Positions 49,296 through 63,232 of a stretch of 64,000 nucleotides of DNA are shown here, in pieces. The notes under the pieces were generated by a model. That model saw only the letters and a list, made by a program, of their open reading frames with translations. It was not told the origin of the DNA and did not search any database. The position numbers and the translations under genes are program-made. This DNA comes from the human T2T-CHM13v2.0 reference genome, Homo sapiens. How positions within the stretch are numbered: the first letter of the stretch is position 1; the number at the start of each line of letters is the position of its first letter. The stretch lies in assembly GCF_009914755.1 (NCBI RefSeq), contig NC_060928.1, one strand, 5' to 3'.

Positions 49296-50292
49296 ATCAC
49301 CAAATTTTTTAGGAAGGCGGGTGACCCTTGTTTTGTTTATTTTAACTAAATCTGGTCAGAAAGGGCCTGTGAAGTTTAGTTTGGCTCATAAACACAAATT
49401 ATTCTCCAAAGAAGAGGCTACATTTATATAAACATTAGAAAGCACATTTTTCTTGATTATATAATGGTATTACTGGTTATACTTGTTTTTAACAATGTTA
49501 ATACATCTGATCGTTTATATTTAGTTTTTATTAGTTGAGACATGATGTGTATTCTTCATTTTAAAACAATTATGCCCAGACTGTATAGTTTAAAGTTGAG
49601 GAAAATGGACTTATTATTTAGAGATGCACACAAAGGTGGTAAAAGGAAGCAAGAGCTAGGAAATGACAGTCACACAAACTAAAGAGGTGTTATTTGGAGG
49701 GGAAGGGAGGGATGCTGTGACTTAGTAGGAGCATGGGGCAGTTTCCAGAGGGCTGGTGGTATTTTTTCTTGACCTGGTGGGTTTTATCCGTGTTTGCTTT
49801 ACAATACTCATTAAATTGGATATATTTTATGCACTTTTCTAGATATTTTTATTTCATAGTTTTAAAATTAATCAAACAGTAACCTGTAATCTATCTTTCT
49901 AAATTATGTAAAGTTCTCAAATATGAATTTCATTAAGGATTATGCAGTATAGACACACAAAATTATGAATCATTAATTCTCTTGAAATTTTCATTTGAGT
50001 CCTTCTTTGTGCAGATTGGGTTGCTTGAACTGGAGTGGATTTTCAAGATCATTTAGATAAATCTCCTAGTTTTACAGTTAAGGAAATTGAGGCCCATCAA
50101 GGAGGCATTTGAGTTGAGTGGAGAAATGCATAAATTAAAATCAAAGTATCTAATTGTGAAGCCCAGAAAAGGCAGAAATAAGGAGTGAATAATTTACACA
50201 GATTTTAATAAGACATTTTAATTTTTAATTGTAGAACTTGATTTTTAATAACAAATTAATTATAATTTAAAAATTGTTTTTTTTTTTGGTAG

Positions 50293-50344
50293 GATGGCAG
50301 GAAATGGAACCATTGCTTTCTCTGTAAAAAGTGTGTAAAGCCTT
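50293..50344 (+). CDS. ZCCHC4: ZCCHC4 exon 11 (DGRKWNHCFLCKKCVKP)
   Basis: T-run then ggtag| acceptor, |gtaagt donor; 52 nt. Confidence 0.94.
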
Positions 50345-50860
50345 GTAAGTATTGAGACTTAGTGTTTGAGATCCTATGAACATATTTTAGAGTTTTTCTC
50401 CATCTAAATAGATTTTTCATTGGATTTATAAACGAAAAAATAATCAGTGTAGAGACTTGTAATTTATTTGCTTTTTAATTTTATAGTTATCAGCATGTAT
50501 GTTCTGCCATGTTCCGCCTTGCATGAGAGATGATTGCTAACCTGTTTCAGTGTGGCGTTTGGTTTGACTTATTTTAATAAGGCATTGTGTCACTCAGCCA
50601 GCCTCCATTGTAACAGTAGCTGTCAGCTCATAACTCATTGGAGAAGGGCTGAATTTGTTGCATGTAACAGAAAGAAGTTAGCTAGTTTATGTGGAATTCC
50701 AACCTCTTCTCCCTGGTCTCTTTAGCCAAACTAAAACTAGCTGTGCAAACTGGCCACAATACTTCAAGTAAACACTGTTCGTATATCCTACCTTAAAAGT
50801 TAATAAGATGAAAAATTACGTTACATGAACTTCCTTTAAAACTTAATTTTTATTTTACAG

Positions 50861-51005
50861 CCTGGATCCACTGTAGCATCTGCAATCACTGTGCTGTTCC
50901 AGATCATTCTTGTGAGGGCCCCAAACATGGCTGCTTTATTTGTGGTGAACTGGATCATAAACGCAGTACTTGTCCTAACATTGCTACATCTAAGAGAGCT
51001 AACAA
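50861..51005 (+). CDS. ZCCHC4: ZCCHC4 exon 12 with CX2CX4HX4C zinc knuckle ([14 protein letters not shown], 50932..50973)
   Basis: ttttacag| acceptor, |gtcagt donor; 145 nt. Confidence 0.95.
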
Positions 51006-51820
51006 GTCAGTCGAATACTTTACTAGAAAAATGTATTCCATCTGTGTTTTATACAGGATAATCCACAAAAGCATGCAACATTCAGAGGATCTTGAAGTGC
51101 CAAGTTAATTGTCACTTTCACTATTAAGTACTGGCTGCATAGATGGATGGAGGGAGGAGAGGAAGATGATTCAAAGAGCTTGCTTTCAAAGAGCTTACAG
51201 TTCTACAGCTTAGAGATGAAAATAACCAAAATATAAGGTAGAAAGTGGTTAATTTTACCTCTCCTTGGCTTTACGTCTCATGTGTAAAGTTATAGGGGGT
51301 GACAGTTCATGCTTTATTGAAGGACATGATATTTACGTCAGGCTTTGAGGGACAGATCAGATATAGACACATGATGGCAGGAAAGGCTGGAGAAGGCATT
51401 TCAGATTGAATAGCAAGTAATTCCACAGTAGGAAAATTGTGAGAAAGCTATTTCTTTGTATCAAATTTTAAGAAAAATATTTAGACATGCTTAATGCTTA
51501 AATATTTGAAATTTTTATTACTTTTTTTCCTGTGATTATTTTCACATCTCTCACCAATATTTGATTGGAGCTATGGATTACAACTCAGAGTATGGGGATA
51601 CCTATGACAATAGCTTATTTAGAAGAGGCACTGCTTCTGGAATAGTTATCCCCAAAACAAAACAAAAAGAGAAAAACATTGCTATTTTAACCGAGCTAAT
51701 TTGAATGATTATACTTTTTTCCTAACTAAAAGGGATGATAGTGATTAAGTCCTCTTCCTTTATTGCTAAGAAAACTAATGTTACACAGTTATTAATTGGA
51801 GATTACCAGACAGCTAAATT

Positions 51821-51860
51821 TGACATTATATGAAATTATATGACATTATATGAAAATTCA
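51821..51860. repeat. 10-bp tandem repeat TGA(C/A)ATTATA, about 4 copies
   Basis: tgacattata tgaaattata tgacattata tgaaaattca. Confidence 0.8.
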
Positions 51861-52151
51861 GATTGGGCTACCATGTGACTATGACTTGTAATTTAAAAAA
51901 ATTGATTTGTGTTAGAAATATCTGATAGTTTAATAATTATTTATGGTAATATTAGAATTCTTTCCCATGTGTTTTATTTATTTGTGGTCAGTGAAAATTT
52001 TTTTTTCCATTGTGGTCTAGCCACTTGAATTCTGGCTACTATTACAACTGCCTCGTTCCTACATTTACTCTACTTTAAATAATTATTTCCACTGAGTAAT
52101 CCAGGATAAAGTAGAGTTTTAAAAACTTAAAGAAGCTTATTGAAGAATCTT

Positions 52152-52454
<303 letters not shown>

Positions 52455-53042
52455 TGAAGAATCTTATAAAATATTTTCCTTAGAATAAACCTTCAAAAAT
52501 TGAATACAACTTCATAATCATATTAGTCTGGGATTGCTGTACCATTGTCAGTGTGATTCTGTGTGGTAGTCAGTAACGTGCTCAGCCTTTAATTCTGTGA
52601 ACTTACATGGAAACAATTTGCATTTTGATACTCTATTGTAGGCCCTTCATTGCTTCCTAAATAGCCTCAGCTAGTGTGTTTGGCACTAATATACTATTTC
52701 ATTAGGGGAAATCATCTAGTATCTTTCAGGACTAGATCTTATCAAGTTTAATTCCAAGAGCAAATCCTGTGAGATGTGGATGCCTGATAATTCTTAAATA
52801 ATATTACTTTTTTTCTCAGAGAAGACACCTAAACTCCTGTTAATAGTTACTGCTTTCAAAAAATATATATAGTGAAATTGACAAAGCAAAATTATTTTTT
52901 TCTTTACAATAGTGAAAAATAACAGCCTTTTTAGCATACGTGACATAAAAGGTCTTTCCAGCTCATGCATTTTACAGCTATCTTATATTAATTTGTTTTT
53001 CCTTGGTGTTAATTTTTCTTTAGTTGCTAACTGGAATGATGC

Positions 53043-53060
53043 TGGCTCCCTCTTGTGGTT
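53043..53060 (-). promoter_or_regulatory. Candidate CTCF site
   Basis: Reverse complement CCACAAGAGGGAGC resembles the CCACYAGRGGGCRC core; motif match only. Confidence 0.4.
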
Positions 53061-54867
53061 AAAGCTCATTTTATCAGTTACATAAATACCTATAATTTAA
53101 AGGACAAATACTAGGTCAATTTAATTTTAAGACAAAATAAAACTGACTTATAGTCAGTTCATCATCATTCAAAAACTTTATCTCTGGAAAGTTTTGTGTA
53201 TTCATATTACAAATGAATATTTTCAAATATTTTCCTCCTGTTTCTGTTTACCGTATCCCCTAGTGAAAGTTCATTCATTTTTAGTCCTGCTTATAAGTGG
53301 ATGAGCCAAAGAGAAACTTAAATTTTGTGTACAGGCACACATGGCTTCATTGACTTTGCCATTAGAGATTATACTATATTTCATTAAGTTTGCTAAATCA
53401 TCACTTATCAAGAAATTATCCTACTTTAAAAAAGTGGGGAAATAGATTTATATAGTATGCATGAATCAGTATAATACTGTAAAGATGACTTTTTTGGTTT
53501 TAGTTTTCAATCCTACTCCTTCTGTAGACTGTTCTATTTTGAACTGATAAGGTATCCCTAGTCCATAGTGCAAAATCTAAATATGAAAAAATTTAAAGTT
53601 GTCAAGCAAAATTCTGCATAATAGTCATGTGGAACTAATAATAGCTAATACTTATTGAGTGATTATTATATGGTTAGCAGTTTGCATATATAAATAATTT
53701 AAAGTAGAGTATATAGTAGAGCACAGATCCTGGAATCAAGCTGGTTCTGCAAGTTCCTCATGGGGTGTTCATTGATTTCATAGCATTTTCACCTAAAAAA
53801 GTAGGGATAGAGAGGGGGTGACTATCCCCCTTATCTCTGTCTCCCAGCTCCTTGAAGTCAAAGATTATGCCCATTCATTTTTGTTTTCTCAACAGGTAAC
53901 ATATGCTGAGTAAACAAAAAGTGAGGCATAAATTGAACCCATTAGGGGATACATTGTTTATGAAGCTCTTTTCCCAGGTTTATTCCTGACAAGATCAAGA
54001 ATAAGCTTTTCCTATGGAGAAGCTTATGAGAGGTGAACCTAACAATTGATATTGCTGGGTAATCAGGGGAGGAGTCCTGGTTTGGCATTGTTGTAGCTCT
54101 GGCCCCTTCCTTGGTTCTCAATATGTTGAGTGTCATGGCATGATTCTGCTAGCTTGGAGAAGTGAATGGATGGGCCAGTCATTTTCTCAGCTGCAGGTCG
54201 CCTGTAACTTAGTGTGGAGAACACCAGAAACAAAGAATCTGTTTTGTCTGGTGTGGTTCAGTGTTTTCAGAGGGTGAGTTCCAGCTTGTTTATTTTGAAG
54301 CTAATCTTCAAGATAAGGACCACAAAATGCTGATAACCCTGCGTGGCACTTGTCAGGACTTTTAGATCCGCTGAGGAAAGGAAAATCTGTACGACTTAGG
54401 AAACAGGCCCTTTCAAGGCTTCTCGGTTTTTTCCATTGTGCTGTTTCATTTTTCTGTCTCTGCTGACTGCCCCATGTATCAGCTCCTCTCCAAAAAAAAC
54501 GGAATTCAAGGATTTGGAGATTGAAGTGCTGAGTTGAGCAATACAGATGTACAAAAAACTTTTTTAAAAAGTCCAATCTCACTAGCTTTGCATTTACCTC
54601 TGTGGTGTGTTTGCCCCGGACAGCTTGTTCTAAATCCATAGTAACCATCTTTTAAAGAATTTTTTTTTCTCAAACATTTTGCTTGGTTAGGCCTCTGACT
54701 CTTCCCTTGTTGTTATGGTTAGGAGACTGAGGATTTATGCTTGCAATACAGTAGATTCTTTCCCTTCTTCTATTTTCTTATTTGGTTAGCTAGTTAATTA
54801 AACTTCAACATAATTACATAATTCACTGTGCTCATTCTGTGAAATAATTTAGCACCTTGTTTTCCAG

Positions 54868-55003
54868 AGCTGTCAGAAAGCAGAAGCAAAGAAAAAGTAA
54901 TAAGATGAAAATGGAGACCACGAAAGGACAATCCATGAATCATACATCTGCTACAAGGAGAAAGAAAAGGAGGGAAAGAGCCCATCAATATCTTGGCTCT
55001 TAA
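54868..55003 (+). CDS. ZCCHC4: ZCCHC4 last coding exon; basic tail (AVRKQKQRKSNK...RRKKRRERAHQYLGS*), probable NLS/NoLS
   Basis: tttccag| acceptor; TAA at 55001..55003; the eleven exons sum to 1296 nt, a multiple of 3 with no internal stop. Confidence 0.95.
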
Positions 55004-55122
55004 ATGTCCAGTGACTGGAGAATAAGAAAGATTTATGGTCCAACCTTTGATGCCATTTTCTGAAAGTGCCACACTGGACTTAAATTCAGCTGCTTCCAGA
55101 GGTGTGCACCTTTCTGAGCTAG

Positions 55123-55678
<556 letters not shown>

Positions 55679-56201
55679 TGAACATAAAAGTATGTTAATT
55701 TAAATAGGAAAATATTTTATGTTAAATATGAAACAATAGTTTAAACCCCACTTGAAAAGTATAGCGTACAATTATTTTTAGACTGAATTTGAAGATGATG
55801 GAAAGGGTTTTTACAAAGGCACTGTTTAGATATACAGATTATAATTATAATTACATTATTATTAAATATTTATTCTTCAAGTACTTTTTGCAGTTGTCCT
55901 CTGACGGTCTAGAATCACTTAAATGCTTGTTGAATGAGTGAGATGTTTAGAACTACGACTTGCTCTGTCATTCCAGTGTCGTTTAACCTATGCAGTAAGA
56001 TTCTGTCTTTGTAAAAGTAGTTCGTAGCAGAAGCCAGGATAGTTTGGTAATTAAACGCCCAAACTAAACTCCTCATTCCTACCCTTAATATTTCCTGGCT
56101 GTATGATCTTGGCCAGGTCACTCTCTAAAAGCCCCGGTTTCTTCATTATTATCATTATTATAATGGGGAGAATAACAGCTATACCTGAGGTTTGTTTTGT
56201 G

Positions 56202-56212
56202 ATTAAATTAAA
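56202..56212 (+). terminator. Candidate poly(A) signal (two overlapping ATTAAA) of ZCCHC4
   Basis: gATTAAATTAAAtg with upstream U-rich tttgttttgt and downstream tgtcattggtgtgtt. Confidence 0.5.
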
Positions 56213-57113
56213 TGAGACCCAAGTGCTTGGCTCTCAGTTCTCCTCTGTCATTGGTGTGTTAGGTTAACAATGAAGATTGTTACTGGGTCTAATGGTAATT
56301 ACCTTTTGGCCTGATAACAAAGCATTGAAGGCAGTAATTTGAACTCCCAGAACAAACAGTTCATCTCCCCGTTTCTGTGCTAGTTATTGTCTCCTTAAGA
56401 CTGAATTGTTTTGAATGACTTATATTTGCATAATGACTTTTCTCTTGTTTCCAAACAACTGCTGTAGAGCAGATTTGAAGGCATCTTTGTTTGGGGTTAG
56501 GCAGAGCCCTGTAAGTAAGGGTGGAGGAACTGCACTCTATCTGGTATTTAAATTCCAGGTAAGTTAGGACTGATGCCTGGTGTAGAATGCTCAAGTGTGG
56601 CCCAGATCAGTGTGGCAGTGGTGTACATCAGTTGATGTCAAAAGATGAGTTATACCCCTGGACTTCATAAGCATCAGAAAGCTCTTCTCCCTTTTGTTAC
56701 ATGGAGGGCTATGATAGGAGGGGCACATTTGGAGGTGACTGGGTGAGATATGAAGTTTGTAAAACCGTTGTGAGAGTTCCCCTCTCTGATTCAAGCAAGG
56801 ATAGGGACATTGCCTGACTTTATGGTGTTCACCATTCCATGATAAAATCTATTGAAATCTCCTCTGAAACTAAGACACCTGAGGGACTATGACTACTGAA
56901 AAATTGAGTTCTGAAGGCCAACAGTTATTCTCATCACTATATTGCCTTAATGTTAAGATACCATCAATTATAAAATACATCATTGATTTTATCATAGCTT
57001 TTCAGGGGGAGAAGAGAAATAATACTTCATTAATTAATTTTTAGATCATCTGATTTCAGAAATACTGAAATGCAAAAAAAAAAAAAATCTTAGAATTGAG
57101 GAAATAGTTATAA

Positions 57114-57420
<307 letters not shown>

Positions 57421-58332
57421 AGGAATAATGTACTTTAAAACTTTATTACTGTCTTAGAAAGTTAAAAATAGGAAATTTGGTGATTTTACACTTATATTCA
57501 ATTAATACTAATTTTAAGGACTTAATCTCTATTCCTTTTTCAGAGAATAAACTAATTGGTAGCCTGTAAAAATGTGTCTCTGGGAGGTAGAATGTGAAGC
57601 GGGATGAGGTCATTTGTTCTTAATAGAAATCTGAACATCTTAACATTAAGATACCTTCTCAAAATAGCAATAGAAGAAAATCCCTAAAATTTGACAGATA
57701 ACATTTTCTAAGCTTTTTAAAAGGACATTTTTAATAAATACAGCTAAATTTCATTCTTCTTATATTATGAAATTTAATGAGAAACAAAGTCTTTTTGTAG
57801 GCTGGATTTCATGTTTTTTCCTAATTAGTCCAGTACCTAGACTAGTTTATCACTCCATATGCCCCATTCTTTTCATCCGATACTGTTCTTTCTGCTTGGA
57901 ATATGTCCCTCCATGTGGCCACTCCGTTCTCTTTTGGGAATCTTCCACGAGTCCCTGATACTGAAACCTTCTTTGGCCCCTTGGTGTTTGATACCACATT
58001 TAAGGCCTTTCACATATTATTCTGTGATTATTTTTACTGATTTTATTTCCCTCAAAGATTTAGGTCTCTTAATGTCAGCACCCATTTCATCTGCTCTTGT
58101 GTATCTTGTGCCTTTTTGGTGCTCAATAAAAATTTGATGTAAGCATGGAATTTTCTAGAGGCTTTGAAGTGGTAGGCATGCCTGAAATACGGACTGGACC
58201 CACTCTATTATGTTTCTTCTAGGGACTGAAAAGGGAAACAGATTTGTATTAGGAGGCACTTAGAGTCAATATGAGGACCACCCTAACTGAAGTTTTAAAT
58301 GTGGGGATGTGCTGCATGAAGATTAGTAGCCT

Positions 58333-58820
58333 TGTAGCAGGATGAGCCGTGGACAAAACCCCACAGACACCAAGATAGTGAAGGAAGTAGCTTTTAATCA
58401 GTTGGAAGCATCGGCAGTCTAGTGTCTTAAAATCCGAGTTTGTTGAGTGCACAATTTCTGTCCCTTTTAAGGGCTCACAACACTAAAGATTTTACATGAC
58501 AGGGCCGTGATCGATTGAGCAATCTAGGGGGTATGTGACAGGGGCTGCATGCACCGGTAATCAGAGTGAAACAACAGAACGAGAAGTGTCACAATGTCCT
58601 TCCATACAATGTCTGGAATCTACGGATAACATCGGTTGCTAGGTCATGGGTTGAATTTTAACTATCAGGCTAAGGTCAGGCAGGCCCAGGCCTGGTTTTG
58701 GGTCTGGTGCCTGGCACCCGGCTGCCTGCCTTTGGTTTTGCTTCCTTGTTTCTTAAAACAGGTACTGAGCATAAAACAATATAGAACAATACGGGGGGGA
58801 TCTCTTTCTCTCTTCTCTCA
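58333..58820 (-). mobile_element. Solo ERV1-class LTR (LTR15/MER61-like, subfamily uncertain)
   Basis: TG...CA termini (tgtagcagg...ctctca), 4-bp flank gcct/gctt, and ATTAAA on the minus strand near the left end. Confidence 0.7.
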
Positions 58821-59828
58821 GCTTTATCTGCAAGACCCCTTCAAAGTAATCTGCAAAATACTAGGCATCTGGGAGAAGTTTGACTAATCTTGAAATATAA
58901 AATCACAACCTACAAAGGGTCCTGGTCAGCTGCCACTGCCTTCACAATGTCCCTGTTGGTCTCTCCACTGGAGTAGTACATCTGTTGCCAGAGAAATAAA
59001 AATGTCAGTTTGTGTGTTGTTTTTATACTTCTTTTATGGTACTTAAATCATGCCTTGTATAAGAATGACTTTATATACTTGTTTAGCCCTGTACAGATTA
59101 GAAGCTCGTTGATGGCAGTGCCTGTGGACATCATTGTGTTTGCTTACTAGGCACGTGCCTTTTCTACGGCGATAGAGATGACCAGCCGCATCACCTGTGA
59201 CCTCAGTTAATGGGAAGCAGGCAGCCAGGCTAACACATTTCTTCACCATCTAGGTAGTAGGTGCTCATAAATACCAACTGAGTGAACGGAAATGCCATTT
59301 AATATACCGCTTTATGCCTCACACCTTAACTATACTATGGAAGAAGCAGATACACTTCGAGCTCTCTAGGTAGGACAGCTTCCACAAAATCTAAAGGAAA
59401 ATCCAGTTTCACTTATTTGATGTGATTTTAGTTGGACCATGAGGACCTGGGCTGAAATTAAGGGTCAACTAAGAAGGTCATTGCAATAAAGTAAAGATAA
59501 GATCTCTGCTATTTGATTTCAGGCAATTTAGTATAAATGTTAACTCAGCAAGATGAGGCTATAATAGCACCAACATTGAGCAACAAGATCTCAGAGCCCT
59601 GAGAGGCTGAGTTTTATCCCAGTTGTCTTTGGTGGAACAGTTAGTTACAAGATCCCTGGTTTAACTGCTTGATACCACTGGATACTAGAAGAGGTGAAAC
59701 AGCCGGTAATCTCTAAGATGGTAGGCCTGAATAGATGGGTCAGTTTCTTCATCTGCAAGTGTGGAGAGGAGGAGTGGGAGAACACTAGAGGAAGTCAGCC
59801 CAAATATTCCACATGCTTAAAGAAGACA

Positions 59829-60137
59829 GGCCAGGTGCGGTGGCTCACACCTGTAATCCCAGCACTTTGGGAGGCCAAGGGTTGGGGGGGGGTGTGAAGG
59901 GTGTGGATCACCTGAGGTCAGGAGTTCGAGACCAGCGTGGCCAACATGGTGAAACCCCGTTTCTACTAAAAATACAAAGCCGGGGATGGTGGCGGGTGCC
60001 TGTAATCCCAGTTAGTTACTCGGGGCAGGATAATCACTTGAACCCGGGAGGCAGAGGTTGCAGTGAGCCGAGATCACGCCATTGCACTCCAGCCTGGGCT
60101 ACAAGAGTGAGACTGTCTCAAACAAACAAAAAAAAAA
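59829..60137 (+). mobile_element. Alu (S-like) with internal G-rich insertion and deletions
   Basis: Alu body with extra gttgggggggggtgtgaagggt at 59881. Confidence 0.85.
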
Positions 60138-60789
60138 CAGAGGAAAACAAAGGTTGCTGCCTGTTAACTTTACAGTTAATACATGAGCCAGGTAAATCAA
60201 GGAAAAATAAAAGCATCTCTAACCCTACCACCCAGAGATAATCACTATTATAACTTCCCTGTCTACTGTTCCAAAGATAGGTTCTTGCATAAATAGGCTT
60301 ACAGACACATGCAAAAATTTCCCTCAAGAAAATGGAATTTTAAGTACATACTGTTTTATGACCCATGCTTTTTCATAAGTATACTGTGAACATCGATTTA
60401 TGTCTGCATAATATTCTTCAGGATAGATATATTTTTTAAAAATCTATGATGGGACATCTAGGTTGTTTGCATTTTTTCACTTTCGTAAATAACCTTATAA
60501 TGAACATGCTTAAGTAAATATTTATTTCTCCTGCCCTTGCCTCCTTAAAAAGCACTGATAGCCGATCCCTGAGCCTTCTTCCCTTTTTCTCTTTATTCTG
60601 CAGTATTTTCCTAAGGATGGGGGAGGCAAAAAACGGAGTAGGTAGAGCTAAAATCTTTATGGGGCAGTGGGAAAAAGAAAAGGCTGGAAACACGATGTGT
60701 TAATATTTCTTGTCTTACGGCTACTTTGGATCATTTCCAAGAACAATTCCTGCCCCTTACTGCCTACCAACACACATGAGGGTCTATAG

Positions 60790-60991
60790 CAAGCTTGTCT
60801 AACTCGCAGCCTGTGGCCCAGGAGGGCTTTGAATGCAGCCCAACACAAATTCATAAACTTTCTTAAAACATTGTGAGATTTTTTTTGTGATTTTTTTTTT
60901 TTTAGCTCATCAGCTGTCATTACTGTTAATGTATTTAATGTGTAGCCCAAGACGATTCTAATGTGGGAAGACAAAAGATTGGACACCCCTG
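60790..60991. mobile_element. MER30-like hAT element
   Basis: Perfect 8-bp TSD GTCTATAG (60782..60789, 60992..60999); ggacacccctg terminus. Confidence 0.85.
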
Positions 60992-61908
60992 GTCTATAGC
61001 AGCATAAAACTCTGCTGTTTCCTGCCCACATCTGGAACTCCACACTTAGGCTGTTTCCTTTGCTGTAAGGCTTAGAAAATTTATATTCTGTGAAGACTTA
61101 ATGTGCAGGTGGTTATACTCTGTCCTTTGCAGTACGGTGTTTATGCCTCTGGGAACAGTGATTTTCACGTGCTGTATGGGTGTTTGTATTCAGGTAAGTT
61201 CCAGGAAAATGGACATTCAATTTCCGTAAGAAGGTTAATGTGCATAGATACTAGACCCCCACCAGGTGATCCATTATAACTGCCCCAAAACACTAACACC
61301 TGAAAATGCATTTTGTGAAAAACAAAGGCAAATGCATTTTTACCTTAGAAATGTTGATTCTGGAAGAGTTGGGGGCACTTGGTAAGTTGTTTGTGGCAAA
61401 GGCAAGGGTTGCAAAGCCCGTGACAGGAAGCAGGGTAGGTATAAAGTCAAGGATTAAGAACAGTACTTGGCACAAAATAGTTACTTGATGCTGAATGAAT
61501 TAGTCTCCCTCCGTCATCTACTTCCCAGGGGCTAGATCCAGACAGAGGTCAAGAAGATGGGGCCTGTTGAAAGTTAAAGGACCTGCCGTCTGTTTCTTCT
61601 TTGAACAAGTGAAAGGTAGTAAAAAGTAGATGGCTTTCTACCATAGGTTTTAAGTTTAAGAACCCTAGGATGGTACTGTCACATTCTCTTAGGGAGGTCA
61701 TAGCTGTGGGAACTGTCAACAGGTTGACTCATTTAAATGTGTCCTACATAAAGCAACATCAGATGAGTTCTGATTTACAAGTCTGCCAGGCTGGCCTGTG
61801 AGCCTCTGGGCAGAGTTCCCGTCCCATGCATTGCTGTAGCCTCAGTTCCTCCACATAGTAAATGCCCAAGTACCTATAGAAGAAATCGTGTGTGAGCCCA
61901 CACTCTTT

Positions 61909-62220
61909 TTTTATATTTTAGAGACGGAGTCTGGCTCTGTTGCCCAGGCTGGAGTGCAGTGGCGCAATCTCGGCTCACTGCAAGCTCCGCCTCCCTGCAA
62001 GCTCCGCCTCCCGGGTTCACGCCATTCTCCTGCCTCAGCCTCCCCAGTAGATGGGACTACAGGTGCCCGCCACCATGCCTGGCTACTTTTTTGTATTTTT
62101 TAGTAGAGACGGGGTTTCACCATGTTAGCCAGGATGGGCTCTATCTCCTGTCCTTGTGATCCGTCCGCCACGGCCTCCCAAAGTGCTGGGATTACAGGCG
62201 TGAGCCACCGCGCCCGGCCC
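61909..62220 (-). mobile_element. AluY with internal 17-bp tandem duplication
   Basis: TSD tgagcccacactcttt (61893, 62221). Confidence 0.9.
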
Positions 62221-63029
62221 TGAGCCCACACTCTTTATTCGTTATGACGGTGCTGCAACTACCAATAAGTTGTGAGGGTTAAATGGGATGAGATGTCACA
62301 GTATTATTTGCCTGTTAGGGAGGTTTTAGGGCACGCGCCTCTTCTCTCCAAATTGGAATCACCCAAAGAGTTTTAGTAAATACTGGGCCCATCCAGGGTT
62401 AATTTTCTTCTAATTGGTTTGGGGTGCTGCTTGGACAGGGGGACTTTTAAAATTCTATACTGACCCACCAGGACTGACATGAGAACTACTCGCTTAGTAA
62501 CTGTTAGAGGAGGCGCCAGCTGATCAGGACCTAAAGTTCATATTCTTTTTCATCTCCCCGTTGTCGCTGAAGCCTACCCCATAAACCCCTACCGTCCCTT
62601 TGCCCACAGCAGAGAATTTCCGGGAAAACGGGAAAGGTATGCAAGCATGCCCACACACGTGCACACACGGGTTCCCAAAAGACCTGCGTGTGGCCGCAGG
62701 GGCCTGCCCCGCCCTTCTCGGGCCCTTTCAGGTCCCGGCGCCCAGCGATCCCACCAGCACCTGGGTCCGGCGCGCGGCTCCCTCCCTCTCCGCGCCCCTC
62801 GGGGCTCCCTGCCCCGCCCGCGTGCCCCACCCTTCCTAGCTCTGCCCCATCGCTGCTCCCTGCCCCGCCCACGGGCCCCATCCTACCCCCACCTCGATCC
62901 GTCCCTCGCTCCTCCCTGCCCCGCCCACCGCGCCCCGTCCCTGTCCGCCCCGTCTGGCTCTCAGCACCCCCAAGACCGGTGCGCGCCCCGCCCCTCCTCC
63001 TCCTCTCGCGAGGCAGTCCCGACGCCGGA

Positions 63030-63149
63030 AGTGCCTGGAGCGCGCGACAGCGGCGGGGCGGGGCGGCCTGGAGGCTGTGGCGCGCGGCCGGCAGAGGGAG
63101 GGGAGAGGCCACTGGGGCCGTGTTAGTCTGCCGGTGGGGACTCTTGCAG
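63030..63149 (+). other. ANAPC4: ANAPC4 probable non-coding exon 1 (start approximate)
   Basis: Donor cag|gtacag at 63150; branch-like tctgac at 63201; acceptor ttgcag| at 63222, 10 nt before the ATG. Confidence 0.65.
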
Positions 63150-63232
63150 GTACAGGCGCGGTCGGGGCTCCTCGTGGAGAGCCGGGGGCTCCTGCCGGCC
63201 TCTGACTGGGGTGTCGTTGCAGGGCCGTCCCC

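Noticed and set aside
51821-51860. Short periodic array as a CRISPR-like or functional repeat
   Set aside because: No spacers and a eukaryotic intron context; simple slippage repeat.
62643-62652. p53 half-site AAGCATGCCC
   Set aside because: No adjacent second half-site.
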